A DNA stretch of 64,000 nucleotides, taken from NCBI GenBank assembly GCA_030390025.1, contig CM059431.1:106580001-106644000 (forward strand). The letters run 5' to 3'. Positions 62,233 to 64,000 of this stretch are shown here, in pieces; position 1 is the stretch's first letter; each line of letters opens with the position of its first letter. The translations under genes and the position numbers were made by a program. This DNA comes from Squalus acanthias. Taxonomy: Eukaryota. The notes below the pieces were generated by a model. That model saw only the letters and a list, made by a program, of their open reading frames with translations. It did not search any database and was not told the DNA's origin.

Positions 62233-62529
62233 AATACTTTGCTCATTATAAATTGAGAAACATGCCACAATATGATTCTGCACTTGTCATATTAAGGTAC
62301 AATCTACATTCCTTTTACCACCATAACGCAGCGGTCAAGTTTTGTAATTTAAATGAACAGGTGCGGCCTTAACAGATTTTCATCAAACTTATCCTCATTA
62401 CGCTGAAATATTAAAAATAGTTTAGAGTAAGTGAATTGCAATTTAATCTCAGGCTCCAGGAGATGTTCATGAGAGCATGACTTGGCCATACATTAACTGA
62501 AGGGGTTCAGGTGATTTCATAAGCCAGTC

Positions 62530-63740
62530 ATGTGAAGAGATTGGAGAAATGGAGTTGTTCTCCTTAGAAGAGAAGGTTAAGAGGAGATTTAATAGAGGTG
62601 TTCAAAATTATATGGAGTTTTGTTAGAGTAAATAAGGAGAAACTGTTTCCAGTGGCAAAAGGGTTGGGTACCAGAGGACACAGATTTAAGGTGATTGGCT
62701 ATAGAACCAGAGTCGACCAATTTCCGCACAGCAAGCTCCCACAAACAGCAATGTGATAATCGCCAGATAATCTGTTTTAGTGATGGTGGTTGATGGATAA
62801 ATATTGGCCAAAACACTGGGGAGAACTCCCTTGTTTAGTAGGGAATTTGTAATTAGCAAGTCAGTGATTCGAACAAGGATTTAAGTTGTACTATTGTTAA
62901 CCAGGCAAATGGAATTTGAAATGGAATTAAACATTCAATCAACATTTCCTTTTTTTTTTCCAAATCCCTCCATGGCCTCGCCCCTCCCTATCTCTGTAAT
63001 CTCCTCCAGCCCCACAACCCCCCCGAGATATCTGCGCTCCTCCAGAGCATCCCTGATTATAATCGCTCAACCTTTGGTGGCCGTGCCTTCTGTTGCCTCG
63101 GCCCTAAGCTCTGGAATTCCCTGCCTGAACCTCTCCGCCTCGCTACCTCTCTTTCCTCCTTTAAGACGCTCCTTAAAACCTACCTCTTTGACCAAGCTTT
63201 TGGTCGTCTGCCCTAATTTCTCCTTATGTGGCTCGGTATTACATTTTTTTGTCTTATAATACTCCTGTTAAGCGCCTTGGGATGTTTTACTACGTTAAAT
63301 ATACTAAGGGAATCAAGGGATATGAGGATCGGGCAGGAAGTGGAGTTCAGCCATGATCTTATTGAATGGCAGAGCAAGAATTTTTTTTTTAATTTGTCGT
63401 TGTAGAAGGTGAGCCACCTTCTTGAACCACAGAGAGCAGTTAAGAGTCAACCACATTGTGGGTCTGGAGTCACATATAGGACAACAGATTTCCTTCCCTA
63501 AAGGACATTAATGAACCAGATGGGTTTTATACAACAATTTTCATGGTCACCAGATTTTTATTTTAATTAATTGAATTTAAAATCCCCAGCTGCCTGTGCT
63601 GGGATTTGAATTCACATTTCCAAATCATTACTTCAGTAACATAACCACTATGCTACCATACCCATAGCATACTCCTGGTCCTATTTCTTATGTTCTTACA
63701 CAGCGAGCTGTTGTGATCTGGAATGCACTGCCTGAAAGGG
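62530..63740. mobile_element. Mosaic of CR1, DeuSINE (62720-62830, minus), L2 (62955-63300, plus) and Meta-type SINE (~63405-63665, minus) fragments
   Basis: Each piece matches a copy elsewhere in the window. Confidence 0.75.
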
Positions 63741-64000
63741 TGGTGTTATAATGAAGGCAAACACAACAGCCAACCAGTAGTTTTCCTTTTGTCTTGACAT
63801 CATTGGATGAACATCTACCACCTGTGACTGCAGCCACAAACAAACATAGCTACTTTTGTTTTGTTTTCTCCTTATTTAAAATAGTTGTGTATGGAGTTGG
63901 GTTCTGAATAAAACTGAAGATAAACTTCATCCATAAAATCATTAGATCTGTCCTTATTGTATCAGCAACTCATTTTCTAATGTGTCGACCACCAATATTT

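Noticed and set aside
1..64000. Prokaryotic systems (CRISPR, operons, defence islands)
   Set aside because: There are no repeat-spacer arrays or dense gene packing; the sequence is vertebrate repeat-rich DNA.

Overview
This is eukaryotic, repeat-dense genomic DNA. The repeat content (DeuSINEs, an HE1/V-SINE fragment, CR1, L2, RTE, Penelope and Harbinger elements) points to a cartilaginous fish, probably a shark; that assignment is an inference. I found no convincing host protein-coding exon. The main feature is a 6.9 kb two-LTR retroviral-like element (49599-56513, minus strand) with a 4-bp TSD, a tRNA-Arg-like PBS and a PPT. It carries gag and an F-protein-like env but no recognisable pol. 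Its gag stop lies in a UGA-CUAG readthrough context and is followed in frame by about 288 open codons that include a diverged second copy of the Gag coiled coil. The element sits inside an RTE LINE that is flanked by an 85-bp duplication. The window also has two solo LTRs, two Harbinger-like elements that keep only a spliced Myb/SANT gene, and several MITEs with promoter motifs, splice donors and conserved hairpins. Other features are Penelope elements with hammerhead ribozyme motifs, an ORF1-only Tx1-like element inserted in a SINE head, and two young, near-identical CR1 copies. Family names come from recognising motifs by eye, not from database searches.
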